64,000 bases of DNA from Mycobacteriales bacterium (GTDB taxonomy: Bacteria; Actinomycetota; Actinomycetes; BP-191): the NCBI GenBank assembly GCA_036382875.1, contig DASVPJ010000044.1, forward strand, positions 159,891 through 223,890. The letters are read 5' to 3'. The position numbers and the translations under genes were made by a program. The stretch's first letter is position 1. Each line of letters starts with the position of its first letter. Below the pieces are notes generated by a model, which was not told the DNA's origin, made no database searches, and was given only the letters and a program-made list of their open reading frames with translations. This document shows, piece after piece, positions 27,347 to 37,458 of the stretch.

Positions 27347-27831
27347 CGCAGCTCGACCGGTACCCCGCCGGCGATCGTCTGCAGGACGACGCAGTAGCGG
27401 CGGGTGAGCTTCAGCAACGTCTCCCGCGACTCCTCGGGCACGTCCACGTCGAACGTCAGCCGGATCGCCGTGAACCCCACCGGCGCCTCCTTGTCGACGC
27501 CGAGCGTGCCGCGGAAGTCGAGGTCGCCCTCGGCGCGGACGGTGCCGCCGTCGACCGGGATGTCCAGCGACGTCGCGACCGCGCGCAGCGTCACGCCCGC
27601 GCAGGCGACCAGCGCCTGCAGCAGCATGTCGCCGGAGCAGACGGCCGTCCCGTCGCCGCCGGTCGCCGGGTGCAGCCCGGCCTCCGCGAGCGCGCGTCCG
27701 GTCGCGACCGAGCAGGTCACGCCCGCGCCGAGGTCGCCGCTCGCGGTGAGCGTCACGAGCGCGGCCGCCGGGTCCTCGCGGTACCGCTCCTTCAACGGCG
27801 CCTGCGCCGCGCGCAACGTGTCCCTGTCCAC
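27343..27831 (-). CDS. OsmC/Ohr family peroxiredoxin-like protein
   Basis: 'GGDGTAVCSGDMLLQALVACAG' and the C-terminal 'RYCVVLQT' are OsmC motifs. GTG start at 27831. Confidence 0.8.
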   Translation of the reverse strand: MDRDTLRAAQAPLKERYREDPAAALVTLTASGDLGAGVTCSVATGRALAEAGLHPATGGDGTAVCSGDMLLQALVACAGVTLRAVATSLDIPVDGGTVRAEGDLDFRGTLGVDKEAPVGFTAIRLTFDVDVPEESRETLLKLTRRYCVVLQTIAGGVPVELR

Positions 27832-27861
27832 CGCGCGACCGTACCGGTACCCTCCGGCGTC

Positions 27862-28872
27862 ATGGCGGGGGAACGTCCGAGCAAGGCGTCGTTGCGCGAG
27901 GTCAAGCGCGAGTACAAGCAGCGGCAGCGGGCCGCGAAGTGGCGGCCGCGCCGGCGCCGCGCCCTGCGCGCCGTGCCCGCCCCGGGCGCCGCCTCGCGCC
28001 GCGTCCGCGTCCCGCGCCGCGCCCGCGCCCCGCGCGAGCACGGCCGGCTCCGCGGCGCGGTCTCGACTGTGGTCGGGCTGGCGCTCGTCGCCGGGTTCGT
28101 GGTCGCGTACCTGGCGGTCACGGGCGGCGTCCCGCAGCCCCGCCCGCGCGAGGCCGCCGCGGTCCCGAACCTCGTCCCGACGACGCCCCCGAAGCCGGCG
28201 CCGGCGGACCCGTTCGCGGGCTCCAAGGTCGAGCACTGGGCGGTCGGCACGGCCGGGCTCACGGTGCCGGCCGGCAAGGCCACCGGCGGGTTCTCCGCGC
28301 GGCAGGTGCAGGCGGCGTACGCCGCCAGGACCGCGTACCTGCGGGCGGCGATGCTCGACGAGCGGGTGCTGTACCGCCGCGACCTGCGGCCGGTGCTCGC
28401 GACGCTCGACCCGGCCACCAAGGAACGCATGCCGACCCGGCTCGCCAACGTGTTCGGCGACGACGTCAGGCAGTCGCACGCCGGCACCCGGGTCAACGGC
28501 CTGCTCACCCCGCGCGCCGTCGGGAGCGACCTGTACGTCGACTTCAGCTACGTCGCCGTCTACGCGCTGCGCCCGGGCGCCGGCGGCGAAACCGAGCTCG
28601 TCGCGGTGAAGCGGACCGGCTCGACGCTGTTCCGGCGCAAGGGCGGCGGCGTCACGCCCGCGTGGCTCTACCTGTCGGGCTACACGAGCGACCACTCGCG
28701 CTGCGGCTGGAAGTGGCCGGACACCACCGTCGAGGTGTGGCTCGGCCCGGCCGCGTCGGCGCCGCCGTCGGCGTCGTACTCGCCGATGCCCGACCCCAGG
28801 GAGACCGTCAACCTGCTCGACCCGCGCGCGCCGGACCCGAAGGGGTGCTTCGACAACACCGGCGAGCTCTAG
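27862..28872 (+). CDS. Hypothetical single-pass membrane protein
   Basis: ATG at 27862; basic N-terminus, TM 'VVGLALVAGFVVAYLAV', extracytoplasmic C-terminal domain. Confidence 0.6.
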   Translation: MAGERPSKASLREVKREYKQRQRAAKWRPRRRRALRAVPAPGAASRRVRVPRRARAPREHGRLRGAVSTVVGLALVAGFVVAYLAVTGGVPQPRPREAAAVPNLVPTTPPKPAPADPFAGSKVEHWAVGTAGLTVPAGKATGGFSARQVQAAYAARTAYLRAAMLDERVLYRRDLRPVLATLDPATKERMPTRLANVFGDDVRQSHAGTRVNGLLTPRAVGSDLYVDFSYVAVYALRPGAGGETELVAVKRTGSTLFRRKGGGVTPAWLYLSGYTSDHSRCGWKWPDTTVEVWLGPAASAPPSASYSPMPDPRETVNLLDPRAPDPKGCFDNTGEL

Positions 28873-28879
28873 CGCCTGG

Positions 28880-29506
28880 CTAGGCCGCCGCCGCCAGGAC
28901 GTACGGCGCCAGCGCGTCGGCGATGAGCGCGTGGCCGGCGGACGACGGGTGGTACCGGTCCGCCGCGAACAGCGACACGTCGCCCGCGAACGCCGGCGCG
29001 AGCAGGCTGCCGAGCGACGCGACGGCGCCGCCCGCGGCGGTGACGGCGGCGGCCTGCAACGCCGCGTACGCCGCGCTGGCCTCGCGCACCGCGCCGCGGA
29101 ACGCCGCGGGGACGCCGGGCACGACGCTCAGGTCGGGTGCCGTCGCGACGACGACCCGCGCGCCGGCCGCGGTGAGTGCGGCGACCGCGTCGCCGAGCGC
29201 GCGGGCGCAGGCGGTGGGGTCGGCGAGGTGGGCGAGGTCGTTCGCGCCGATGACGACGACGGCGACGTCCGGCGGGCGGCGCAACGCGCGCCGCACCTGC
29301 GCGGCGAGCCCGGCCGAACGGGCGCCGGGCACGGCGACGACGTCGACGACCGCGTCGCGGCCGGTGGCGAGGAGGGCGGCGTGCAGCCGGGCGCCGATCG
29401 TGTCCGAACGCGCGGCCGCACCGGTGCCGTAGGCGATGGAGTCGCCGAGCACGGCGAGGCGGACGGGAGGCACGGTCGGTGCAACACCGCCGCGCGGCCC
29501 GGTCAT
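28880..29506 (-). CDS. SGNH/GDSL hydrolase family protein
   Basis: 'LAVLGDSIAYG' (GDS block) and 'VVVIGANDL'. ATGA overlap with kptA. Confidence 0.75.
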   Translation of the reverse strand: MTGPRGGVAPTVPPVRLAVLGDSIAYGTGAAARSDTIGARLHAALLATGRDAVVDVVAVPGARSAGLAAQVRRALRRPPDVAVVVIGANDLAHLADPTACARALGDAVAALTAAGARVVVATAPDLSVVPGVPAAFRGAVREASAAYAALQAAAVTAAGGAVASLGSLLAPAFAGDVSLFAADRYHPSSAGHALIADALAPYVLAAAA

Positions 29507-30021
29507 CCCGCCGACAGGTACCGCGCCGGCACGGCGTCGGCGAGCCAGACGCCGAGCCCGGCGTCGGAGAACGCCACGCCGTCCCGCCACGCGTCGCCCG
29601 CCGCCACGACGAGCACCGCGACCGGCCGGCGGCGCCGCGCGCCGACCTGCCGGGCCGTCTCGACGTCGGCGGACAGGTGGACCTGCTGCCGCCCCATCGG
29701 CCGCAGCCCCTCGCGCAGGATCGCCGGGACGGCGTCGGCGGTGGTGCCGTGGAACAGCGTCTCCGGCGGCCGCGCCGGCGCCCGCGCCACGCGGGTCGCG
29801 ACGCTGTGGCCGTACCGCGCGCGGACGCGGCCGGCGGCGACCTCGTAACGCCGCGTGCCGGGCCGGGCCACGACCGCCTCGACGTCCGCGACGGTGACGC
29901 CGAGCGCCGCCGCCAGGTTGGCCACCGGAACCCAGCCGCCCTCGTCCAGCGCCAGCCCGAAGCGTTCCGGGGCGTGCCGCAGTGCCAGCGCCATCCGGCG
30001 GCTGAGCGCGACCGGGTCCAC
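29503..30021 (-). CDS. kptA: RNA 2'-phosphotransferase KptA/Tpt1 family
   Basis: 'LRHAPERFGLALDEGGWV' and 'LFHGTTADAVPAILREGLRPMGRQQVHLS' match Tpt1 motifs. Confidence 0.8.
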   Translation of the reverse strand: MDPVALSRRMALALRHAPERFGLALDEGGWVPVANLAAALGVTVADVEAVVARPGTRRYEVAAGRVRARYGHSVATRVARAPARPPETLFHGTTADAVPAILREGLRPMGRQQVHLSADVETARQVGARRRRPVAVLVVAAGDAWRDGVAFSDAGLGVWLADAVPARYLSAG

Positions 30022-30027
30022 GCCGGG

Positions 30028-30792
30028 TCAGCGGCCCTGCGCCGCCACTCCGGCGATCGCCGCGCGGGCCGCGTCGGGGTCGAGGTACGCGCCGCTGACG
30101 CCGTACTCCGGGTCCACCGGCCGCGTCGGGCGCAGGTCGGCGTCGAGGTCGTAGCGCAGCGGGATGCCGGTGGGGACGTTGAGGCCGACGATCGCGTCGT
30201 CGGCGATCCCGTCGAGGTGCTTCACGAGCGCCCGCAGGCTGTTGCCGTGCGCGGCGACGAGCACCGTCCGCCCGGCGCGCAGGTCGGGCACGATCGCGTC
30301 GGCCCAGTACGGCAGCATCCGGTCGAGCACGTCGGCGAGGCACTCGGTCGCGGGGAGCACGTCGCGCGGCAGGTCGGCGTAGCGCGGGTCGAGCGCCGGG
30401 TGCATCGGGTCCGCCGCGTCGAGCGGCGGCGGCGGCGTGTCGTACGAGCGCCGCCAGAGCATGAACTGCTCCTCGCCGAACTCCTCCCGGACCTGCGACT
30501 TGTCCTTGCCCTGCAGCGCGCCGTAGTGGCGCTCGTTCAGCCGCCAGGAGCGCCGCACCGGGATCCAGAGCCGGTCCGCCTCCTCGAGCGCGAGGTTCGC
30601 GGTCCGGATCGCCCGTCGCTGCAGCGACGTGTGCAGCACGTCCGGCTCGACGCCGGCCTCGCGCAGCAGCCGCCCGCCGCGGCGCGCCTCCTCCTCGCCC
30701 TTCGGCGACAGGTCGACGTCGACCCAGCCCGTGAAGCGGTTCTCCTTGTTCCACGTGCTCTCGCCGTGGCGCAGCAGTACGAGGGTCGTCAC
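30028..30792 (-). CDS. gpmA: 2,3-bisphosphoglycerate-dependent phosphoglycerate mutase
   Basis: '[26 protein letters not shown]' and the RHG catalytic motif. GTG start gives ~254 aa. Confidence 0.9.
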   Translation of the reverse strand: MTTLVLLRHGESTWNKENRFTGWVDVDLSPKGEEEARRGGRLLREAGVEPDVLHTSLQRRAIRTANLALEEADRLWIPVRRSWRLNERHYGALQGKDKSQVREEFGEEQFMLWRRSYDTPPPPLDAADPMHPALDPRYADLPRDVLPATECLADVLDRMLPYWADAIVPDLRAGRTVLVAAHGNSLRALVKHLDGIADDAIVGLNVPTGIPLRYDLDADLRPTRPVDPEYGVSGAYLDPDAARAAIAGVAAQGR

Positions 30793-30844
30793 GGCCGGGC
30801 AGCCTACGCGGTAATCGCCGGCCCCCCGGAACGTGTGCCGAGGC

Positions 30845-31447
30845 ATGAGACTCCTACGCCCAGCCGTGCTCGCCGCCGTCGCGGCGCTCTCCGTCCACGT
30901 CTCCACCGCCCAGGCGCTGCCGCCCGTCGGCTGCTACGGCCTGCCCAGCGTCCCCGCGGCGTTCGTCTGCGTGACCGAGTTCACGCCGGGCAACGCCGTC
31001 CCCGGCGCGACCGTCGACCCGGAGAACGGCACCGTCACCGTCCCGGCGTTCTGCGCCGGCGACTGCTACGGCCCGTTCACGGTCCCGGTGCCCGGCGTCG
31101 ACCTGTCGTCCAGCAGCGGTGCCGTCGCCGTCGTCACGTACCAGGGCGAGTCGTACGCGATCGTCGTCGGCCAGACCCCGCCGCTGGGCGTCCCCGACGT
31201 GCCGGACCTCTCCGGCCTCCTCCCGCAGTTCGCGGACTGCCCCGGCGAGCCGGTGGTACGGGAGACGAGCCCGGTCGTCTGCTTCCACGAGAACTACTAC
31301 GGCACGACGTGGTACGTCGGCACCTGCCTCACCGACCCGTGCACGTACCTGTCGATCCGGCAGGACCTCATCGAGCGGCTTCCCGGCCTGATCGCCGACA
31401 TCGTGGACGACCCGGGCTACGTCTGCGACCGCCTGACCGTCTGCTAG
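30845..31447 (+). CDS. Secreted Cys-rich hypothetical protein
   Basis: Signal peptide '[24 protein letters not shown]'. About 10 Cys in the mature region. Confidence 0.6.
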   Translation: MRLLRPAVLAAVAALSVHVSTAQALPPVGCYGLPSVPAAFVCVTEFTPGNAVPGATVDPENGTVTVPAFCAGDCYGPFTVPVPGVDLSSSSGAVAVVTYQGESYAIVVGQTPPLGVPDVPDLSGLLPQFADCPGEPVVRETSPVVCFHENYYGTTWYVGTCLTDPCTYLSIRQDLIERLPGLIADIVDDPGYVCDRLTVC

Positions 31448-31451
31448 CGCG

Positions 31452-32213
31452 TCACTCCACGACGCGGGCCGCCACGCGCGCGGCCCGCGTCGCGGGGTGC
31501 ACCGCGACCACGCCCGCGGCGCGCCGGGCGTCGCAGTGCTCCTTGAGCACCGCGTACGCGTTCGCGCCCATCAGCGCGGTCAGCTCCGGCCCGTACGACT
31601 CGTAGAGCAGCTCGCGGCCGACGTGCGCCTCCGCGACCTCGGTGCAGTACCAGTCGAGGTCGTGCCCGCCCTCGCCCCAGCCGCGCCGGTCGAACTCCGT
31701 GATCGTCGTGACGAGCACCTTCGTCTCGTCCAGGCGCTCCTCCCACTCCTGCGTCCGCAGGATCGGGAGCTGCCAGCAGACGTCCGGCTTCGTCTCGAGC
31801 GGGTGGCGTTCGGTACGCCACGCCATCCGGTGCAGCGCGCAGCCCGCGCCGCCGGGGAAACCGGGCCGGTTGAGGAACACGCACGCGCCGTCCACCAGCC
31901 GGGTGCGGACCCGCCCGTCGTCCTCCTCGGTGATCCCGCCCGCGCGCCCCTCGCGGCGGAGCTGCCAGTCCTCCGCCGTCAGCTCCTTCGCCATCCGGCG
32001 CACCCGGCGTTCGTCCGCCTTGTCGGAGAAGAACGCGCCGTGCGAGCAGCAGCCGTCGTCGGGCCTGGTCCGCTGGATGCCCGCGCAGCCGGCGCCGAAG
32101 ATGCAGGTCCACGACGACATCAGCCACGTCACGTCGCAGCGGAACATCTCGTCCGCGTCGTCGGGGTTCAGGAACGAGAACCACTCGCGTGGGAAGTCGA
32201 GGTGGTGCGGCAT
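31452..32213 (-). CDS. Conserved actinobacterial Cys-rich hypothetical protein (Rv0495c-like position)
   Basis: 'FRCDVTWLMSSWTCIFGAGCAGI...DGCCSHGAFF' Cys clusters. High GC3. Confidence 0.55.
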   Translation of the reverse strand: MPHHLDFPREWFSFLNPDDADEMFRCDVTWLMSSWTCIFGAGCAGIQRTRPDDGCCSHGAFFSDKADERRVRRMAKELTAEDWQLRREGRAGGITEEDDGRVRTRLVDGACVFLNRPGFPGGAGCALHRMAWRTERHPLETKPDVCWQLPILRTQEWEERLDETKVLVTTITEFDRRGWGEGGHDLDWYCTEVAEAHVGRELLYESYGPELTALMGANAYAVLKEHCDARRAAGVVAVHPATRAARVAARVVE

Positions 32214-32235
32214 TCGTCCACCTTAGAGTGGGCAC

Positions 32236-33051
32236 ATGGCCGTCCACGTGCCTTCCGCGAAGGTCGCGCTGTCCACGGCGTCGACCTACCCGGAGAGCAC
32301 CGCGTCGGCGTTCGAGATCGCCGCGCGGCTCGGCTACGACGGTGTCGAGGTCATGGTCTGGACCGACCCGGTGAGCCAGGACGTGGACGCGCTGCGCCGG
32401 CTGTCCGACTACCACGGCATCCCGATCCTCGCGGTGCACGCGCCGTGCCTGCTCATCACCCAGCGGGTGTGGGGCACCGACCCGTGGGCGAAGCTGGTCC
32501 GCGCGAAGAACGCCGCCGACACGCTCGGCGCCGCGACCGTCGTGGTGCACCCGCCGTTCCGGTGGCAGCGCGACTACGCGAAGGACTTCGTGGCCGGCAT
32601 CGAGCGGATGGCGGGCGAGACGGACGTGCGGTTCGCGGTCGAGAACATGTTCCCGCTGCGCGCCCGCGGCCGGGCCGTGGTGCCGTACGCGCCCGACTGG
32701 GACGTCCGCCTCGACGACTACCGGCACACCACGCTCGACCTGTCGCACACCGCCGTCTCGCAGAGCGACGCGCTGGCGATGGCCGAGGCGCTCGGCGACC
32801 GGCTGGCGCACGTGCACCTCGCCGACGGCCTCGGCTCGCCGCGCGACGAGCACCTCGTCCCCGGCCGCGGCACCCAGCCGTGCGCCGAGGTGCTGGAGCT
32901 GCTGGCGCGGCGGTCGTTCGCCGGGACCGTGGTGGTCGAGGTGAACACCCGCCGCGCCGAGTCGCGCGCCGACCGCGAGGCGGACCTCGCCGAGGCGCTC
33001 GCGTACACCCGGCTGCACCTCGCCTCCGCCCCCGAGCCCCTCCCGTCCTGA
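32236..33051 (+). CDS. Sugar phosphate isomerase/epimerase (xylose isomerase-like TIM barrel)
   Basis: 'GYDGVEVM...HAPC...VVHPPF...ENM' pattern of the AP endonuclease 2 / xylose isomerase-like fold. Confidence 0.75.
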   Translation: MAVHVPSAKVALSTASTYPESTASAFEIAARLGYDGVEVMVWTDPVSQDVDALRRLSDYHGIPILAVHAPCLLITQRVWGTDPWAKLVRAKNAADTLGAATVVVHPPFRWQRDYAKDFVAGIERMAGETDVRFAVENMFPLRARGRAVVPYAPDWDVRLDDYRHTTLDLSHTAVSQSDALAMAEALGDRLAHVHLADGLGSPRDEHLVPGRGTQPCAEVLELLARRSFAGTVVVEVNTRRAESRADREADLAEALAYTRLHLASAPEPLPS

Positions 33052-33140
33052 GCCGGCACCGCGCCGGCGCTCCGCGCGCCGGCGCCGCGCGCCCGGCGGG
33101 CCCCCGGCGGGCGCCCGCCCCGGCGGGGCCCCGCCGACAG

Positions 33141-33205
33141 CGCGACCGGGTCGCGTTCTCGTACATCCGCGTACGGGAGCCGCGACCGGGTCGCGAAATC
33201 CGTCG
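33141..33205. repeat. REP-like palindromic element copy 2 (inverted relative to copy at 24617)
   Basis: 'cgcgaccgggtcgcgttctcgtacatccgcgtacgggagccgcgaccgggtcgcgaaatc' matches the reverse complement of 24617-24690. Confidence 0.7.
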
Positions 33206-33328
33206 GATGGGCGGGGGTGGGGCGGGGTGGGGCGGGGGGTGTGGCGGATGGGCGATTGACGCGGGTTCGTCCCGGTTCTACCGTCGCCGCTACGTCCGCA
33301 TCCCAGCGTGGGCGTGGGGGTGTTGCTG

Positions 33329-34222
33329 ATGGCTCGACGTGCCATCCTCGCCGGCGCCGCGTTCGCGGTCGCACTGGCCGGTTCCTTCGCGCTGCCGCCT
33401 GCCTCGGCGCTCGTCGGCGACACGTGCGGCACCGCGCTGCCCATGGGCGCGACGGTGACCGGCGTGGTCGGCGGCCAGGCGCAGCCGCAGCAGTGGTGGC
33501 TCCAGGCCGCGGTGCCCGGCCGCTACGTCGTCACGCTCGTCTCGGCGGTCGGCGACGCCGACCTCGTGGTGGCCGACGGCGCCTGCGGAACGCTCTGCAG
33601 CAGCTCGCGCGGCGGCCTCTCGGTGAGCGACCCGAAGGGCGTCACCGACTCGTGCACGGTCGCGGTGACGACGTTCGCGCTGCGGGTCGCGGCGCAGTCC
33701 GCGTCGTCGCGCATCCCGGCGAACTACTCCCTCACGATCGCCCCGCTCGGCCCGAACACCACCGAGTGCCGCGACGGCCTCGACAACGACGCCGACGCGT
33801 TCATCGACCTCAGCGACAGCGGCTGCGAGGGCGTCGACGACCTCAACGAGGGCAGCGGCAACTGCCACGCCGTCGGCCCCGGCTCGGTCTGCGTCGACCC
33901 CGGCGCCGAGCTCAAGCGGCTGACGACCGTCCAGCCCGAGGGGCAGGACTGGCGCATCGCCGGCTACCTCGACCGCTACCGCTTCGACGCGGGCGAGGCG
34001 CTCTGCCCGGTGCTCGTGGTCAAGCCCCTGGGCACGAACGACACGTGCGCGTTCCTGGGCGGCACGTTCGTCGAGCGGGTCCAGACGCTGCTCACCCCGA
34101 CCCGCGAGGACGACGCCCCGACCGGGCTGCCGGTCCCGAACGAGGTCGTGCTCTGCAAGGCGACGGTCAGCGCGACCGCGGGCCAGGCGGACGAGTCCGT
34201 CGACACGTACTGGGTCTGCTGA
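33329..34222 (+). CDS. Secreted hypothetical protein
   Basis: Signal peptide 'MARRAILAGAAFAVALAGSFALPPASA'. Cys-rich mature protein. Confidence 0.6.
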   Translation: MARRAILAGAAFAVALAGSFALPPASALVGDTCGTALPMGATVTGVVGGQAQPQQWWLQAAVPGRYVVTLVSAVGDADLVVADGACGTLCSSSRGGLSVSDPKGVTDSCTVAVTTFALRVAAQSASSRIPANYSLTIAPLGPNTTECRDGLDNDADAFIDLSDSGCEGVDDLNEGSGNCHAVGPGSVCVDPGAELKRLTTVQPEGQDWRIAGYLDRYRFDAGEALCPVLVVKPLGTNDTCAFLGGTFVERVQTLLTPTREDDAPTGLPVPNEVVLCKATVSATAGQADESVDTYWVC

Positions 34223-34235
34223 GACGCTGCGGCGT

Positions 34236-34952
34236 GTGAGCCGCTCGAAGTTCGACTCGCTCGCCGCGGTCTACGACGCCGCGCGCCCGGCGTACCCCGA
34301 CGGGCTCTACGACGCCCTCCCGCTGTCCGGCGCGACGGTCGCCGACGTCGGCGCGGGCACCGGCATCTCGACCCGTGGGATGCTCGCCCGCGGCGCGCGG
34401 GTGGCGGCGTTCGACCTCTCCGCGCCGATGCTCGGCCTGGTCGGCGCGCACCCCGGGCTGCTCGGGACCGCCGTCGCGGACGCGCACGCGCTGCCGCTGC
34501 GCGACGCGTCGGTCGACCTCGTGACGTTCGCCCAGGCGTTCCACTGGGTGGACCCGGCCCGCGCGGTGCCGGAGGCCCGGCGGGTGCTGCGGCCCGGCGG
34601 CACGCTGGCCCTCTGGTGGAACGACTCCGACGCGCGCGGCGAGCCGTGGTGGCAGGTGCAGCAGGACCTGCTGGAGACGCTGAACGACGACTACGGCCGC
34701 GACTACCGCGAGCACGACCCGGCCGGCGACCTCGCGCTGGCGTTCGGGGACGTGACCGCGCGCACGGTGCCGTGGGTGCGCCGGCTCGACGTGGAGACGT
34801 ACCTCGTCTTCCTGTCGTCCAAGTCGTACGTCGCCGCGCTGGGCGAGCGGATGCCGGGCTTCCTGGACGCGCAGCGCGACCTGCTGGCGGCGGCGTTCCC
34901 GGACGGGACGGTGGCGGAGCCGTTTGTCACCCGGCTCTGGCTCGCGCGCTAG
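34236..34952 (+). CDS. Class I SAM-dependent methyltransferase
   Basis: 'VADVGAGTGISTRGM' SAM motif I and 'LRPGGTLAL'. Confidence 0.8.
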   Translation: MSRSKFDSLAAVYDAARPAYPDGLYDALPLSGATVADVGAGTGISTRGMLARGARVAAFDLSAPMLGLVGAHPGLLGTAVADAHALPLRDASVDLVTFAQAFHWVDPARAVPEARRVLRPGGTLALWWNDSDARGEPWWQVQQDLLETLNDDYGRDYREHDPAGDLALAFGDVTARTVPWVRRLDVETYLVFLSSKSYVAALGERMPGFLDAQRDLLAAAFPDGTVAEPFVTRLWLAR

Positions 34953-35135
34953 CCTCGCACCCATGTCGCGAAGCACGGGTACGCCTCCGGCGTCGCGAGC
35001 CTGCTGCGCGCCGCGCGGCCCGGCGCCTCGCGGCGTTGTCCTTCCCTCCGGCAGCGCCGCTGCCGGAGGGTCGTCCGCCTTGCGATGCACCGACCCGGAC
35101 GTCGCTCGCGACGGCTCGTGACTGGAGGCGCACCC

Positions 35136-36050
35136 ATGCTTCGCCGCACGATCCTCGCCGCGTCCCGGCAGCCGCGGCTGCGCGACGCGATCAGCACCAT
35201 GCCGGTCTCGCGCGACGTCGTGCGCCGGTTCGTCGCGGGCGAGACGACCGAGGACGCGGTCCGCGTGGCGCGCGAGCTGGTGGACGCCGGCCTGCTGGTC
35301 AGCCTCGACCACCTCGGCGAGGACACCACGGAGGCGGGGCACGCGGAGGCCGTGACGAAGGCGTACCTCACGCTGCTGCACCGGCTCGACGACGCCGGGC
35401 TGACCGGCGGCGCCGAGGTGTCAGTGAAGCTCTCCGCGATCGGCCAGGCGCTGGACGAGGCGATGTGCCTCGACAACGCCCGCCGCATCGTCGAGGCGGC
35501 GACCGCGGCCGGCACGACGGTGACGCTCGACATGGAGGACCACACCACCACGGACTCGACGCTGCGCATCCTCGGCGAGCTGCGGGAGGACTTCCCGGGC
35601 ACCGGCGCGGTGATCCAGTCGTACCTGCGGCGCAGCGCCGGCGACGTCGAGGACCTGATCCGCGCGAAGGCGCGGGTGCGGCTGTGCAAGGGCGCGTACA
35701 AGGAGCCGGAGTCGGTCGCGTACCAGAGCCGCAAGGAGGTGGACCTCTCCTACGTCCGCCTGCTCGTCCGCTTGATGGACGAGGGCGCGTACCCGATGGT
35801 CGCGACGCACGACCCGCGGCTGGTGGCCATCGCGTCGGCGCTGGCCGCGCGGCGGGTGCCGGGGACGTTCGAGTTCCAGATGCTCTACGGCATCCGCCCG
35901 AACGAGCAGCGCCGGCTCGCCGCCGACGGCCACCGGGTCCGCGTCTACACGCCGTACGGCCAGGAGTGGTACGGCTACCTGATGCGGCGGATGGCCGAGC
36001 GGCCGGCGAACCTCGCGTTCTTCCTCCGCGCGCTGGCGACGAAGTCGTGA
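35136..36050 (+). CDS. Proline dehydrogenase family protein (monofunctional PutA-like)
   Basis: 'VSLDHLGE' and 'TLDMEDHT...IQSYL...VRLCKGAY' PRODH TIM-barrel motifs. GGAGG RBS before the second ATG. Confidence 0.8.
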   Translation: MLRRTILAASRQPRLRDAISTMPVSRDVVRRFVAGETTEDAVRVARELVDAGLLVSLDHLGEDTTEAGHAEAVTKAYLTLLHRLDDAGLTGGAEVSVKLSAIGQALDEAMCLDNARRIVEAATAAGTTVTLDMEDHTTTDSTLRILGELREDFPGTGAVIQSYLRRSAGDVEDLIRAKARVRLCKGAYKEPESVAYQSRKEVDLSYVRLLVRLMDEGAYPMVATHDPRLVAIASALAARRVPGTFEFQMLYGIRPNEQRRLAADGHRVRVYTPYGQEWYGYLMRRMAERPANLAFFLRALATKS

Positions 36051-36843
36051 CCGCGCTCGCCATCCTCGGCGCCGGCAAGATGGGCGAGGCGCTGCTGTCC
36101 GGCCTGCTGCGCGCCGGCACCGACCCGGCGACGGTCGTCGTCACGGTGCGGCGCGAGGAGCGCGCGGCGGCGCTGCGTTCGCGCTACGGCGTCGAGGTCG
36201 TGCCCAACGCCGACGCCGCCCGCGCCGACACGGTGCTCCTCGCGGTGAAGCCGCAGGACATGGACGCGCTGCTCCGGGAGGTGACGGTGGCGCCCACCCA
36301 GCTCGTCGTGTCGATGGCGGCGGGCATCCCGACGGCGTTCGTCGAGAAGCGGCTCGGCCCCGTCCCGGTCGTCCGCGTCATGTCCAACACGCCGGTCCTC
36401 GTGGACGCCGCGATGTCGGCGGTGTCGGCCGGCGCGCACGCGACCGAGGAGCACCTCGCGCGCACCGAGGAGCTGCTCGGCCACGTGGGCCGCACGATCC
36501 GGGTGCCGGAGTCGCAGCAGGACGCGGTGACCGCGCTGTCCGGCAGCGGCCCGGCGTACTTCTTCTACCTGGTCGAGGCGATGATCGACGCGGGCATCCT
36601 GCTCGGGCTGCCGCGGGCGGTGGCCGCCGAGCTGATCGTGCAGACCGCGCTCGGCTCGGCGCTGATGCTGCGCGACACCGGGGAGCACCCGGTGAAGCTC
36701 CGCGAGGCCGTGACGTCGCCGGCCGGCACCACGATCAACGCCGTCCGCGAGCTCGAGAAGCACTCGGTCCGCGCCGCGCTGATCGCGGCGATCGAGGCCG
36801 CTCGGGACCGTTCGCAGGAGCTCGCCTCCGGCCACGAGTAGGG
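36046..36843 (+). CDS. proC: Pyrroline-5-carboxylate reductase
   Basis: 'LAILGAGKMGEALLSGL' and the 'SPAGTT' C-terminal motif. GTGA overlap with the PRODH stop. Confidence 0.9.
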
Positions 36844-36865
36844 CCTTGCCAGGGCACTGCATACC

Positions 36866-36896
36866 GCGTATACATACCGAGTATGTCGGTACGCCA
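36866..36896. promoter_or_regulatory. Palindromic operator-like site overlapping PadR start (gtatac; acatac-cga-gtatgt; taccga-N7-tcggta)
   Basis: Nested inverted repeats centred on the padR ATG. PadR regulators are typically autoregulatory at ATGT/ACAT palindromes. Confidence 0.45.
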
Positions 36897-37458
36897 GGCG
36901 CTGCTCACGCTGCTCGACGGCGAGCCCATGTACGGCTACCAGCTCCGCGCCGAGTTCGAGGCGCGGACGGGGTCGACGTGGCCGCTCAACGTCGGGCAGG
37001 TCTACACGACGCTGACCCGCCTCGAACGCGACGGGCTCGTCACGGAGGCGGGCAGCGACGCCGAGGGGCACGTGTTCTACGCGCTCACCGACGCCGGCCG
37101 CGACGAGGTGCGCCGCTGGTTCGGCACCCCGGTCGAGCGCGGCGCGAAGCCACCGCGGGACGAGCTCGCGATCAAGCTCGCGCTCGCGGTGACCGTGCCG
37201 GGCGTCGACGTCCGCGCGGTGATCCAGGCGCAGCGCACCGACACGGTGCGCGCGCTGCAGGAGTACACGCGGCTCAAGGCCGGCGCGACGGACGAGGACC
37301 TGGCCTGGCTGCTGGTGGTCGACGCGCTGGTGTTCCAGGCGGAGGCCGAGGTGCGGTGGCTCGACCACTGCGAGGCGCGGCTCGCGCGGCACGCGACCGC
37401 GCCGCGGGTGCCGGCGAGCGCGCGCGAGGGCGCGCGGCAGAAGGGGGGCGTGCGATGA
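36883..37458 (+). CDS. PadR family transcriptional regulator
   Basis: 'LLTLLDGEPMYGYQL...VYTTLTRLERDGLV' winged-helix motif. Confidence 0.9.
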   Translation: MSVRQALLTLLDGEPMYGYQLRAEFEARTGSTWPLNVGQVYTTLTRLERDGLVTEAGSDAEGHVFYALTDAGRDEVRRWFGTPVERGAKPPRDELAIKLALAVTVPGVDVRAVIQAQRTDTVRALQEYTRLKAGATDEDLAWLLVVDALVFQAEAEVRWLDHCEARLARHATAPRVPASAREGARQKGGVR

